Assembly: GCF_018977255.1 (NCBI RefSeq)
Contig: NW_024704743.1
Span: forward strand, 93,994,001-94,058,000
Length of the DNA stretch: 64,000 bases
From: Callorhinchus milii
Lineage: Eukaryota
Reading direction: 5' to 3'
Position numbers and translations under genes: made by a program. Below are positions 40,201-55,200 of this stretch, one piece after another. Below the pieces are notes generated by a model. The model did not search any database. It worked only from the letters and a program-made list of their open reading frames with translations, and was not told the origin of the DNA. Within the stretch, counting starts at the first letter, position 1. Each line of letters begins with the position of its first letter.

Positions 40201-43200
40201 AGGTTGTACAGATCGTTGGGAGATTACGACGTCCTCCGTGGCATTTTCAGTGAGAAGATTGGTACAAAGCCACTCACCCACACAGCGCTGCTGGCTGAAG
40301 CGAAGAGTGATTATGCTGAGGCTGTACGGTTATATGATCAGGTAGAGTTAATAGTAAACATGCAGACCGTCTCGACTGATGTACTAACAGTGCCTTCATG
40401 CCTTCTCTGCTTAGGCACAGATGTCGCCTTTCTACAGCAAAACTACACTAAAAGTTCTGTTTGTAGAGGGTGGGATGCACATCCAGCGTCCATTTTTATT
40501 TGTATCACAGCATCTATATGTGTAGAATAAACAGGGTTTTTTTTAACCAAAATGTTATTTTATTTTCATATTTACCTATGCGTTTTTCTGAACTGTCTGA
40601 GAGTAAGTGTTGGATCATTTTATCACTGATATTAATGCTATGATTAAAACAAATGAAGTGCAGCTGCTATGGGATAACTGTATCGTACTGTATGTGTACG
40701 AATGATATATTTATTGCCGACAGGGCGCTGTCATTATAAATCTGCCATTCTCCATGTTTTTACGACAGCAAGCATGACCTCTCTTGGATTGAATAAGTAA
40801 ACCCAGAACAATACATTAGGATGCACCAACAGCACAGACATGAGTTGAAGAGGGCAATTTCAGGACAGACACCAAGAAATGTTTTACTTAGAAAGTAATC
40901 AATGACTGGAACAGGTTGCCAGGAAGACACTGGACTCATTTAAAATTTACCTTGATGCTGCGATGGGAGATCCGTAGGGCGGATGTTCTGAAGGGATTAG
41001 ATCAGATGAGCCAAAATTTCCTCTAATTTAATCTTGTGTGAACCTGGTGTGTGAAGGCAGATTAGCTGCTAAATAGTGGCAAGACACTTCAATGACAAAT
41101 TGTGCTGTTTGTAGAGGTGATAATGGAGTTAATATGAATGTAAATTTGTATTGTATTGCATTGATATCAATATGCTTTGATAGGCTTTGAATACAGAAGA
41201 ATGGATGGATGGAAACCCCATGGAAACAGAGAAGGATTTTTGGGAAATTGCAGCGCTGGAGTGTTACAATCACCTGACAGAGTGGAAGGCGCTGGAATAC
41301 TGCTCCACAGTCAACATTGACGACAAAACACCAGCGGATATAGAGAACATATGGAGTGACACTTTCTATCAGGTTAGTGAAGTACTTCAGATTATGGACA
41401 CAATGGTCGCACTCCCCAAGTGTAAAGACATACAGTACCTCCTCACTGCAGAGCAAAAATAATACGTTCAGCCATATAGGAATAGAACATATACCATAGG
41501 GCCTCCCTTCCCGTGTTAATAATAATAATAATCTTTGTGTTTGATATAGCCCCTTATCACGTAGTTTTGATGTCTGAAAATGCTTCACAAGATTTTACTG
41601 TTAAATTGAATGGCTGTATTTGCAGGCAAATGTCCCAACAAACAGCCATGAAATGAGTGTCCAATTTTAAACCAATGTTGGACTTGAACCCACAACCTTG
41701 TGACTCAGAAATGAGAGTGGTTTCAACTGAGCCAGGCTGACACCTAAACTAGAATGCTTCAGTTTTCCTTTTATCCTGCAGTCCGCTGGAACCAAATTAG
41801 GCAAATCTAGTTACTAATATTTAATTGTTCTCGTTCCTCTGTCCACTCCCCATAGCTTGATATTGTCCAGCTTTTCACACTTTTAAGATGTGAATGATTT
41901 TTGTTTGGTGGATTTAAATTTTTAATTGAAAAAGGTTGATGTTGCGAATGATGTCGGTGGTTCTAGAAACATAGAAACAGGAGTAGGCCATTCAGCCCCT
42001 CGAGCCTGTTCTGCCTTTTTGTAAGAACATGGCTGATCTGTACCTCAAGTCCAGTTACCTGCCCTTGCCCAAATCCCTTAATACCCTGATCTAACAAATA
42101 CTTATCTACCTCCATCTTGAAAATGTGAATGAATCCATCATCCACAACCTTTTGGGTAGTGTTCCAGATTTCCGCTACCCTTTGGGTGAAAAACTGCCAC
42201 CTAATTTCACTCCTAATTGGCCTAGGTCTAATTTTAAGATTATGCCCCCTTGTTCTGAATTCCCCTACCAAAGGAAATAGTTTCTCTATCTGGGAGTGGT
42301 TACCAAACTAACACTGCTACAACAACTTGCATTTACATAGTGCTCCTCACGAAGGGTAGCGTTCCAGAGCGCTTAAGGGAGGGAGATAAATGAATCTCTG
42401 AAACTGATTGTGTGTGTTAACTCAGACTCCTTCTAGTCTGTTTTTGGAACTTCTCTCCCTCTCCTTCCCCCCCACCCCCACAATGCAATTAGCACTCAGT
42501 AATGGCAGAAGTGAACAGAACGAGACAAAAGGAATTTTAGTTCTTCGTCAAAGTGGATTCTCATAGCAAAGATTTCACCTTAAGTTAAAAAGCGTTTTAG
42601 TGGACCCCACATATTGCCTCTTCCTCTGACTGCCTTTGTAGCCACTGAGTGTTACTCCACATCTCTTGTTCACTGGAGTTTCTCTATCTATGTCTGCATA
42701 CAAAGACTCCTTGTTTTTGTAGCACTATCCACATCTGAAACTAATCCGCAATATTTGGCCCCACCTTCCCTCAATTTTCGTTCACGGGTCCGCCTGGCTC
42801 ATTTAACACCAGTCTGACCTCAAAAGCCTAAGGGTTCTGCATTTAAGCTCCATGCTGGGACTTTTAACTTATAGTCAAACTCAAGTTCCAGTTAGAGCTG
42901 GGGGAGTGCTGCATTGTCAGATGAGACATTAAACCAAAGTCATGTCCACCTCTTTCTAGGACACTGCTGTATGGAAATTGGCTGCAGTGTTCACCCAGAA
43001 ATACCCAATCAGTCCACTTTACAATGAATCCTGTAAAACACTGTAAGGATTGTTATTATAATGCAGTAGGTGGGTAATTAGATCAGTTTGTGCAGGACAA
43101 TCATGTGCATTCATTTTCTATTGTGACATTTTCCAGACGCACCTGTTTATTATCCCTCAAAGTATTTTCTCTGTGTGTTCTCCGTGTCGCAAATCACCTT

Positions 43201-46200
43201 ATCAGACTCACTGGGACAATCACTGGCACCATGAAATTGCCTAAATCTTCACTCACTCCATTAGCTGAATTGAATCGGTGAACTGCTTCAGTATCTGTAG
43301 CACACTAATCCTCTGAGGTTCAAGCTAGTCCTTGTTCTGAATTTGCTCAGCAGCCTGCACCGATTCCCCAGGTTAGCACGGTCCCTATTGCAAATCAGCC
43401 CAGGAGTCAATTAGCATCTAATTAACTGTTGTGCAGAACCATTTGGTTGCAGCATCCAGACATGAGCAAAAATCTTCAAACTTCAATAACACTGAGGGCA
43501 CCTTTTGAACACCTGAGGGTGCTCCAGAGGGAAGCAGGCAATGTAATTGGCTCCAGAGAAGCTGAGTATTCAATCTCAGAGTCGAGGCAGGCCTTTGCTC
43601 AGCCCTAGTATTCCCACAACAGAGTCCACAGCGCTTAGCATTAGGATAAAACTTACATCAGTGTATCAAAAACGCATGTCGACTTGAGTGCACTTGAGTT
43701 GCACTTGATACTATTGGCCACTGGATGGTGCTGACACATTTTAGAACCATAGAATTTTTTTTGCGCAGAAGACCATTTGGCCCATCGTTTCTGTACGATA
43801 AGTATTTTTGTAAACATCGCAAGAGAGATTCTGATGAAGAATGATTTACCACTCACTTAATCTCAATCCTTCCCGAACATGAAACCCACCATTAGTGGGA
43901 GTCCTGCAGCTCAGTGGTTAGAGCAAGCGAGACACCTGGGTTCAATTCCAGGCAGGTCAGGGCGAAACCTTGGGCAAGTTTCCTTATTCCACACAGAGCC
44001 TAATAATAATCCCTAAACAATAATAAATTGGTCATTTTCAATCCACGACTGTATGTGGGACACTGCTGTGCACAATTGGCTGCCACGTTTTGCCCACAAA
44101 TATACAGTCAATTCACTTTACAGCATATTCTGTGAAGCGCTTTGAGACGTCTCGAAGATGTGAAAAATGCTATATCAAATGCAAGGATTATTATTATTAC
44201 AACATCAGCCTGTTTCTTAAATGGGACCAAAGTCCTGGCCTGTACCATACCTCTTGGTAACCAGTTCTAGTTGTTTTATTGTTGTTGTATTAATCATTCT
44301 TTTCATAACAAAATACTTCCTGGAGTCTGTCATGAAATTTCTCCTCACAGCCCTGAATCTGTCCCTGTTGTCTGAAAGGGTAGATTGCTGGTCAGTAAAG
44401 ACACATTCTGCCCAGCTCCAAAGTTGCCTTCTTATGAATCAAGATATATCCCTGGTTGATGTTATATTAAATATTTCCAGCTCTGCCTTTAAAAACCACC
44501 CAATTTTTTTATCTGTACTAAGCTAATGAAGAACTATTTGGGGACACCACAGTGGTAATGTGCATCGCGGATCAATATAGAATGGCACAGAGCTCAGTTT
44601 TTTCTACCCCTTCCCTCCCCACAAAACAATCTTCACAAGGAGGAGAGAAGTCAGGTATAGTTGTGCTGTACGGATGGTAGAACACTCTGCTTGGGCACTG
44701 ATCAAAGCAGGTATTGCTGGAGTTCTGGGAGCATTTTGTCCATTGATTATTGAAGACTAGGTTTTTAAAATGAAAAAAGGTTTTACGTTTCTGCGAAGAT
44801 CAATAAACATTATAAAAGCATGGAGTCCAGCTGGGGCACCCTTTCGAGTTGTGAGAATGTGCTGTTAAAACTTCCGTTTCTCCCCTCTTTCAGGAGACGT
44901 ATCTGTCCTACATGATTCGCAGCAAAGTGAAGTTGTTGCAGTCGGGTGAAGTGGACCAGTCCTTGCTGACATTCGTCGATCGTGCCATGAAGGTGGAGCA
45001 GCGCAAGGCTGTGATTGAAACCTATTACAGCCAGGAGCTGAGCCTGCTGTACATCCTGCAGGACGATGTGGACCGGGCCAAGTACTACATAAACAACTGT
45101 ATGGAGGTCTTCATGCAGGTCAGTGAGCACAGCTAACAGCTGATGGTCAAGCATGGTTGAGGGATTATTTGGGAGTGCTGCATTGCTGGATGAGATGCCA
45201 TGAAATGGCATAGATCCATGGCATTATTTGAAAAGTGAAGGGAGTTTCTCTTGGTTTCCTTGCCAACAATCCCCCAAATAAAATTGGTCACTCACTCCAT
45301 GGCAGTTTATGGGTTTTGGTGGGCACATTGGCTGTTGCATTTGCTCACAATATACACAGTCAATCCACTTTACAATATATCCTGTGAAGAGCTTTGGGAT
45401 GCCTCCACAATGTGATCAGGTACTATATTGTGGAGTCTTGTAGCTCAGTGGTTAGGGCAGTTTTTTCACAAATGAGAGACCCTGGTTTGATTCCCGACAG
45501 GGCGAAATGTTGGCCAAGTTTCCTTACTCCACACGCCTCTGTTTGCCTAGCAGTAAGTAGGAACCCAGTTGTTAGTTGATTGGCAGATCACTTTTCTGGG
45601 GTTAATAATTCCTTCCAAATAAAAATAATAAATTGGTCAATCAATCCACAACTGTTTGTGGGACACTGCTGTGCAATTGGTTGATGTGTTTTGCCCACAA
45701 AATATACAGCCAATTCACTTTACAGTGTATTCTGTGAAGGCCTTTGAGACATCTCGAAGATGTGATAAGGCACTATATCAAATGCAAGGATTATTATTAT
45801 TATATATTAAGTACAAGGATTATTATTTATGTGTGACAGCAAAGCCATAAAATGCCCCATTAATCTGGAAGATTGCTGGTCAGCACAAGAAAAATAGCTT
45901 TGATGGAATGGGGGAGAGCAATAGAGATCTTTCTTGAGCTAAATTGCTGATCATGGATCATGTATAATACTAAAAGTGAGCTAGCCTGAAATCTTTAAAA
46001 AAAAAGCCCCTTTTTGCTAATTGTCAGCTTGGTTCAGTTGGTAGCATCCTCGCCTTTAAGCTTGTCAGTTTAAGCCTCATGTCTGGACTTTGACCGTGCC
46101 TTCAGCTCCCCTCTCGACTCTCTTCCCCCTCCTCCGTCCCTCCCTTCCCTCCCCTCACCCTGACCATTTCCCCCCTCCTCTCTCCCTCCCTTCCCTCCCC

Positions 46201-49200
46201 TCACCCTGACCATTTCCCCCCTGCTCGGGTCATGACCCAACTGTGCAGCGCCTTGGGACGTCCTCCTGACGTGAAAGGCGCTTTATAAATGGAATCTTGT
46301 TGTTGTTGTTGTTGTTGGACTTGAGCTTGCAGTCTGTTGGTGAGCAATGCATTATTGGAGATGATATTCTTTGGATTTGATGTTAAGATGAGGTCCCATT
46401 GTCCTATTGAGTTGAATGCTAAAGATTCCACAGCACTATTTGGAAAGAAAAAGGAAACTTTCCTGGAGTCTTGGCCAACAGTTCTCCAAATAAACTCACT
46501 TCATTGCTGTGCGCAAAGGAGCTTCTGTGTTCTCCTACAAATACGCAATCACTACACTTGAGAAGTTAACTCCATCGAGAATTTTCAACATTGCAGGCTC
46601 CATATCAAGTGTAAGAGTTATAAAGGATTGTATTATTGTTATAAGTAACCTTTTAATGTTTACAAAGAAGATGAGTATTTATGCTACATGTCTTGATGTT
46701 TCTGATGGTGGGAAGTGGAAATGTCACACTAGTGCATGGGAAGGGGTCATCTTCTGAGGCTGAAGTTGAGACAGTTTTTCAGGAGACAAGAAGTAGAGAG
46801 TTTTACTCTGCACCCAATTGTGCTCAGTGTTGACACTGGGTACCCAGGACATTTTCGAAATATCTTCCATTCAGTCTTAATTTGAGATAACTCTTGACAA
46901 CACAAAGCTAGTCTCCACACCTGTACTGGTGCTAGCTCATCCAATGGAGCTATATGCTCCAATCCCAATTCCCTGCTCTATCCCTGCTCCCTTTGTATGT
47001 GTTCCTCTTCAAAGACTTCTCTAATTCTACATGTGGCTATGGACTTGGCTTCAATGTGGCAAAACATTCCACATTCTAAGTCCATGTCAGAATAAGATCT
47101 ATTTTCTCTGAAGCTCAACAGCTTGTACGTTATGTTAAATAGACTACCCTCAACAGATGGATTGATATTTCTCATCATCTTACAATGATTTGTGGTTAGA
47201 TTTATATGTGACACATTTGCTCCATGTGCCCAGATGCACAAGACGCCCAAGGATGTTTCTCACCAAATAATGGGAGCCTCAGTCTCTGTTTGACATTAAT
47301 TTCATTTAAAAGATGGTCGAGAAAGGAAATCTGAAATCCTGAGCAGATTCCAAATGCAGAATTGGTGCCTTTGAAGTCGCAGTTTATTGCGTGATTGCGT
47401 GATGTTCATTGAACAATGTTTTATACCTTTTGTTTTCCAGAATTATTCCAGCATTGACACGCTGTTACATCAAAGCCGGCTCACCAAGCTCCAGTCCCTT
47501 CAGGCAGTGACAGAGATGCAGGATTTTCTCCACTTTATCTCTAAAGAATGTAAGATTCATCAGCTGTTGAACAATAATTGGGAAAGCAATAACAGCAATT
47601 TCATAGCAAAGTCTTTTAATATTTCGGATGAAAACCTCACTTACTAAATACCGAGTGCCTGAAACCTCTGACTCTTAACCCTAAGATCATTGCCTTAAAT
47701 TTTGTTGAAAACCCGAATGGCAAACCCCCGATTTGCATTAACTTCCATGCAATCGTTTGTGGCTGCTCTTGAGATGCCACTATGGAGTCTTAATCTCAGG
47801 AACTTTTTCAAAGTTCTGCTTCCTCACTCAAGTGATCATTATTTATGTGTGAGTCACGATAGTGAGTGTTTGAAGGCTAGTCAACCTTGGCGGTGGTGGA
47901 GCTTGGGATATCACAACTGAGCTCATTCATGTCCTGTGATGTCTACATCACATCCACTTGTTAGTTGAAACAAAATTCCCCACTATTTCCTCTGGTGGGG
48001 AAATGCAGAACAAGGAGGCTTAGTCTAAAAATTAGAGCTAGGCCATTTAAGAGTGAAATCAGGAAGCATATTTTCATGGAAAGGGTAGTGGAAATCTGGA
48101 ACTCTCTCCCCCAAAAGGCTGTGGATGCTGAATCCATTCAAATTATATACAAATTATATGCTTTTCTCTCCACACAATATACAGTCAATTCACTTTAGAA
48201 AATATTCTGTGAATGCTTTCAGACATCTCAAAGGCGCTACATCAAGTGCAAGGATTATTATTATAAATTTTGCAAAACATTGGGCAGATTTCACCCGCTT
48301 CTGTTTACCTATAGTAAGTAGGAACCCGGTTGTTAGTCGACTGTCAGATCACTTTCCGAGAGTAATAATCCCTTCAAAAAATATTTGGTCGCTCAATCCA
48401 CGATTGTGAGACACTGCTGTGTGCAACTGTCTGCGCGTTTCGCCCACAAAATACAGTCAGTCCACTTTACAGTATATTCTGTGAAGCGCTTTGAGATGTT
48501 TCGATGACTTGATAAGGCGCTATATGAAGTGCAAGGATTATTATATTGGTCTTTAAAGTTCATAATACAATGAAGTGCAGATCAGCCGTGATCTAATAGA
48601 ATGGCGGAACAGGCTCGAGGGGCTGAATGGCCTACTCCTTTCTATGTTCCTAAAAGAAGAAATGGATAAAGATTAGGAACAGGAGCACTGGCTAATTATT
48701 TGCTCCTTAACCCAGAACATTGAGCACCCCATCTATAGTCATGACTGACATTACCTGACTCAGCACAAAATGAGATTTAACTTTCTGTTCTGTATGGTCA
48801 AGTGCACTGGATTCTGCATTTACACACTAGGCTGTCTGGTGAAATGTATCTATATGTTAAGAATAACTTTTTCTTAAAAATTACACTCCACATCTGTATA
48901 TACGACAAATGGCATTTATATAAAGTTCTCGTGGTGTGTTTTCCAGATAATTTCATCTCTGAAGTCCCACTCCGGAAACTGTTGAGAACATGGACAGGCC
49001 GATACCCTGATGCAAAAATGGATCCTATGAGCATATGGGATGATGTCATCACAAACCGGTAAGAGAGAGTGGGGGTCGAATAAAAATAGACCATCCAGCT
49101 TTCTGTACACATCTTCACTGCCCAACAATCCTCTAAATAACTGAGTTGCTCAATTATTCCTGATTATCGGTAATAATAGTAATGCTTACTTTTGGTACAG

Positions 49201-52200
49201 CACCTTTCACAATGGGGGGGATCGTCTCAAAATGCTTCGCAGGATATACGTCCTCCCGCCGTGAAAGGTGCTATACAAATGTAATCTTGTTGTAAAGTGG
49301 AGTGGCTGTGTTTTGTGCAACCATGTTGTGAGCAAATTGCCTGTCGTCCCGTTCGCCTACAAATATAGTCACTACCCACGACAGCAAGTATCTGTGAGGC
49401 AATATGAGATGCTTTAACACTTGGCACTGTATCAAATATAAGAATTATTATCATTAATATTACAGTGTTTACCGAATGTGTAATTGCACATTGTTTGGGT
49501 GTGTACAGGCCGTGGTAGACACACTCCTGTTGTTGTCAGTTCCTGTGCGTGATGCAAGTGTTGCAAGTGACATCAGCAGTGCTTCTTGTGCAGAACGTAG
49601 ATACACAACCTGCAGCAAGTTATTTCAGTGGAACCTCCTGTGCATAGCAATCGATTAGCAGGATGTGACATCAGCTGAGACCTGATGACCCGGAAGTCAG
49701 GACTTTTATGTCAAGAGGTCTGAGATATTGGGACCCAGATCACTGTGGTTTATAATCGGACTGTCCTGCATTCTACACTGTTTGTTGCAGGTTTTGGTGT
49801 GGGGACGTTTTATAACTGTTTTTGTTTTGAAATATGGCAGATGCTTCTTCCTTGACAAGATCCAGGAGAGACTCGTGTCTGTACAGGCCGACGAGAGTAT
49901 GGAGGTGGACAGAGAGGGAGAGGTCGAGACTAGAATGGAGGTGGACAAAGAGGAGGAGGACATCAACATGGCCATAAGAAGCTGTAAATTTAACATGAAG
50001 TTAAAAATGGCAGAGAGTGGGACAAAACAGGTACAACACAACGTCTGGCATTTACACAGCGCAGCTGGCGGCGAATTGCTGTGATTTTGGCAGATAGATC
50101 ACAGTGATTATTTTCAATCCTGTACATTTCTATGTTCTCATTTTATTTCAGCTTGGGTGGGGGTGGGGGGCTGGGGGTGGAAAGAGAAACGTGAAACCTC
50201 CCACAATCTAGCTATCTTCTGTAAGTGAACTGTTGTGGCATGGCAGTGATTCAATTACCGTCACAATCATTATTTCTCTGTCTTCCTCCCTCCCCCTCAG
50301 GCATTTCTACATGGAACTATACAAATCGAAGCACAGAAGAAGGTCATTTGGCCACTGTGTCTGTGTCGGCTCTTTTAAAGTGCAATTCTTTCAGTCCCAT
50401 TTACCTGCCCTTTCTCCATACCTCTGTAGTTTACAAGGAAATAAATTAGGCAAAAAGGAGGATTTCAAGCAAAGTCATGTTTGAGGACCTATGGCCAACT
50501 TTAAATGGAGGCCATTGTAAAACGTCCAGATACGGAAGGTGGCATCTGAATGACAGTGTGGGTCAGTGCTTACAGTTTGTGTTCCTCTTGTTTCAGAACA
50601 ACTTTGCAGTGGCGATGAAGCTGCTGAAAGAGCTTCACAAAGAATCAAAGGCCAGAGACGATTGGGCTGTGAAATGGACGCACACTTACAGCCGCCTCAG
50701 CCACAGACGCAGCCAGAGGCAAGCCAGGCCCGAGCAGGTCGTGACCGTGCTGAAGAGCATTCCCTTGCTGGGTAAGGCCTGGCCTGGGCACTTTGTCATA
50801 CTATCACTTCAAAACAAAATCTTTACAATAGCAATATAGCCACCTCATAGCTTTCCAACTGCATAGTCACCCTTTTTAACCATTTTAATCAGACATGCTT
50901 TAAAAAGGTATGCGTTTCCTCCCATTAAAAACATTTATAGAGTTGCCAGGCAAGTAGAGAGACCATCGAGTGCAGCACTGAGAGTCACTCGGGTTTACAC
51001 TCAGCTAGACAAGGTCAACAAAGGCAATAGTGGGTCAGGCACAGTTGTCCGTCAGCGCGTCAGAGAGCAAAGCAGTGGGTTTTCCATTCCCCCCTCCCCT
51101 CATCCCTATCCAGATTATTCCTCTACTGGAAGGTGCACCTGTGTCAATGTGGAAAAAGAACAGAATCGGCCCCGGCTTTACCTCTGCAATTGAATAGCCA
51201 GTCACTAAAAATCAATCTCAAGGCTGACACACTACTTGAGTGCCTATGGAATATGTCTTTAATAATAATAACAATCCTTGCATTATATATAACGCCTTAC
51301 CACGTCATGGAGACGTCTCAAAGCGCTTCACAGAATATACTGTAAAGTGAATTGGTTGTATATTTTGTGGGCGAAACGCGCAGCCAGTTGCGCACAGCAG
51401 TGTCCCAATAGATAGTAAGAGGACTCAGGCGCCTTCAGGAGATGAAGAAGGGAGTGACGAGAAAACTGTAACAACAACAAAACAAAACCTCATGAAGTTC
51501 AATTGAAGAACGAGAAAACATTCCACTGGCACAGCTTCAGCCGCTGTGTTACAGAGGTTCGTTGTGAGACAAGCTGCCCGTGAATTCCAGTCTGTGGTCG
51601 TGCTGAGGGATACATGGGGTAACACCAGGCCACGGCTCAGGAGAAAACTATACCCATGTTAGCGGCTGAATTGAGAGCAACGCAGCATAGAAGCCTGTTA
51701 CCCTGTCAGCCCAGGAATGGCATCTTTGCAGAAGAAGATATAAAAGGCAGAGGAGCAAAAATAAAACCATGAAAGACAAGTCACGTGTTTTTCTTTCATG
51801 TTTATCTTAGGGGTGGAGTGCAAAAAAAAACTCCTGCACTCTTCAGGGGAATTGAAACGTGTTTTAACAGCTTCAGGTGTGGGAGCAAATTTCTCGTTCA
51901 GTGTGCAAGGTGCTGTGGGCGTGAATGTGCAGCCTTACTGTCTGTTGGAATGCTGCCGGCACATTATATCACGCGACATAAATTTGCCAGGCAGGATTGG
52001 TAACTGGCGAGAAACACTGTGTGTTCTGGTCGACTTCTGCTCCCACCGTGAGCTCAACAACAACTTGCATCCATGTAGCGCGCTTTGAGTGCGGTAGTGT
52101 CTCTGGACGCTTAACAGTGGTGGAGTTTGAAGCCAGGCCAGGGAGAGACAAGAGGTGACCATAAGCACGCTAAAAGAGAAAGATTTTAAGGTGCGATCTG

Positions 52201-55200
52201 AAGACAGTCAAGGAGGGGAGAATGGGAAGGGATTGAGGCAGAGGCCTGGTGGCTGAAAGCCAACAATAGTGGAGTAAAGGGATGAGGTACATACAGGAGA
52301 CCAGACACAGCTAAGTGAAATGGGTGGGTAGAGGTGTGGGGTCTACTCGACATATGCAAGGATTTGTGATTCACAAGTTACAAACCCCTTTGCAAATTTC
52401 CTAAATTAAATTAGCCTGCCTTTTCCTCCCTGCCCCCCACCCCCACACACACCCACATAGAATCATAGAATTATATAGCACAGAAGGAGGCCATTTGGCC
52501 CATCATATCTGTGCCAGCGCTTTGAAGAGAATCTTCCAAATTAATCCACTCTCCCGCGCTCTCCCCATAGCCCTGCAAACTTGTCCTCCCCAAATATCAC
52601 TGAAACACCTCCTTCAGAGGAAGTGAATGATCTGAGCAATTGGAATGTCATTTGAAACACTGTTGTCTCAAATTTGTCTTATTTTCATACAGTTGAAATC
52701 AATGTGGATTATCTGAATACCCACACACGTATTCTCCGGGACCAGAACACACTTCTTGGTTCAAGCTACTGCATCCTGGCTGACGCTCTGAATAAGGAGC
52801 CCACATGCCTTCAAAGAATCAAGGAGGACCAAGCCGAACGTGTAATTGAACATTCTGGCTCCAGCAGTGAGGAAATACAGGAGGTAACAATTCAATTCTT
52901 CATTCGCATTTCTGCCACACATCACAGGATTCAGTCTGCCTAGGTCCAGACTGTTGGAAACTTCATGTGAAAAAAAACTCCTCTGCCCCCGGCGAACTGG
53001 CTGACAATTCCTCCAGATAAAATTGGTCTTGGTTTCACAGCTTTTTGTGGGAAATTGCTGTAAGCCAAATTAGCTGTCGCATTTGCCTTTGAAAATTTTT
53101 TACAAAAGCGCTTTGAAACGTCTCTGCAACGTGATAAGGGACTATATTAAATGCATGTATTATTATTATTACTACTACCATATGACCTGTACATCTGGCT
53201 AATGGGCACAGAAGTGCAGAATAAGACTCTGTGACAGGCATTAGAAATGTAGTGAGTAACAGGACTCACTTTGATGGGATTTGTTCTTGTGGTGCAGGTT
53301 GTGATTGGATTACACAGAAAGACCCTTCATTACCTAGAACGTGCTGTACGAAAAGCCGAGGAAGAGGTGCAGTCCCTCGCTGGGGAGCACGTGGACATCG
53401 CCGGAGTGATTGAGGCGTACGTGAATTTGGCAAACTTCTGTGATCGGTGTCTGCGAGAGAAAGAAGAGAGTGCGACGGGTGAGAGCATAAGCAAGTTTTT
53501 AAACCAGCTCTGTACCGGAAGTGTGACAGTAACCAGCTCTAAACAGAATTGCTCTGTTAAAAAAAAGCCTTTGTATGAAGAAATAATAATAATCCTTTCA
53601 TTTACGTTAGCACCTATAACTTTGAGACTTTCACGGGTAATTGCTCTGAGGTGTAGTGACTGTGTATGTGTAAGCAGGTCCCAGAAACAGCCTTATGTTT
53701 TGCACACAAAATGCAAAGTCAATTCACTTTACAGTATATTCTGTGCAGCGCTTTGAGACGTCATGAAGAAGTTATGAGTTTTATCAGATGCAAGAAATAT
53801 TATTATTTAAAGTGAATGGCCAATTTTTCTGGAGAATTGTTGACCAGGACACTGGGAAAAACATTTCCCTTCCGAATCATATCATGAGTACTGCATTGTC
53901 ATTGGTACAACCTTTAGATAAGAAGTTAAACTGAGGCCCTGTGCACTTGCAGGCAAGGGGACTTTGGTTAATGCTTCACCCGAAGGATGCCACCTCCAAC
54001 CATGCAGCATTACCCCAGTATTATACTGGAGTGTCAGCCTAAACTATGAGCTCAAGTCATGATATGGGGGCTTGAACCCACAACCGACTAACCAAGAGGT
54101 CAAAGTGCTGCAAACTCAGGCTTTCACTACATTTATTCTGCAGCACTTAATGCACCTCCCTCAATTCTTCAACATTCTCAAAAGTGGTGCTGAGCAGGAT
54201 AAAGCAATCAAATCTTTGGGGATATTGGATAACCTACTTGTATGTGTGTGTTTTGTTTTAATTGTTTGTAATAAATGTATTTGTTACAGCCATCAATTTC
54301 TCTGAGCAGCAGACTTTTCCAGCTTGTGTTGTGGAAAAAATATTAAAAGCGATGAAGTACAATTCAAAGGAGGCCAGGCTCAAGTTTCCACGATTGTTAC
54401 AAATTGTAAAATTATATTCGGCTGAGACTCTGGATCTAATGAAAAAAGAGGTAATGAAATGTGCTGAGTGACCGATCGGACTTTCACACGTCAGAGATTG
54501 GAATGTTCACCTAGCTTTGCCTTAAATTTCACTATCGTGCAGTTTTGCAAAATTCAGCCCTTAATTTGAAGGTCGTTACCTGGAGTTTTACGTAAAAAAT
54601 GTTTTAAGTCAGTCGCCATAAATGGGGTGTTCGAATGGAGCGGCAAGAGATCAGAAAAGGAGAGGCAGAGTGAAAGAGCAATTTAAAATTTAAAACCTTG
54701 CTTTGTGCATCAGATTTCTGGAGGTGGTGGTAAGCAAAATTGGATCTATTGATCTATGCTTACTTTGTTTCTCACAATAGTCAATCCTACTCACAAGATC
54801 ACAAGATTGGTCTGGATGAAGAAGGCCCTTTGGCCCATCCGATCTCATCCTTCCAAAACATCTACCTTAACGCTCCCACCATTACAGCATCAAGCTGCTT
54901 TTTAAATGAGAACAATGTCCTGACCTCAACCACCTTTCCTGGCAACCTGTTCCAGTCACTAATTACTCTGAGTAAAGAAAGTCTTCCTTGTGCCTGTCCT
55001 GAAATTGCCCTTTACAACACTGTATGTTTACAGTACTTTACCATATGCATACTAAAGTATTGATTTAGGTTTACTTTTTCAATCCCATTTAAAATTTGAC
55101 ACTCCTCTATTCTGAATTTAACAAGTAGAGCAAGGGTCCTGCTGCTTTGTTTAATGTGGAAGCAAATTTAGTTGGAAAGTATGGTAGAAGATGATGTTCT

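Noticed and set aside
41028..41588. 186-aa minus-strand ORF (likewise 44810-45211 and 60362-60763)
   Set aside because: Antisense to PRKDC exons plus SINE or intron sequence; no recognisable domain.
46138..46222. Tandem repeat cctcccttccctcccctcaccctgaccatttcccccct
   Set aside because: Slippage duplication within an L2 3' UTR.
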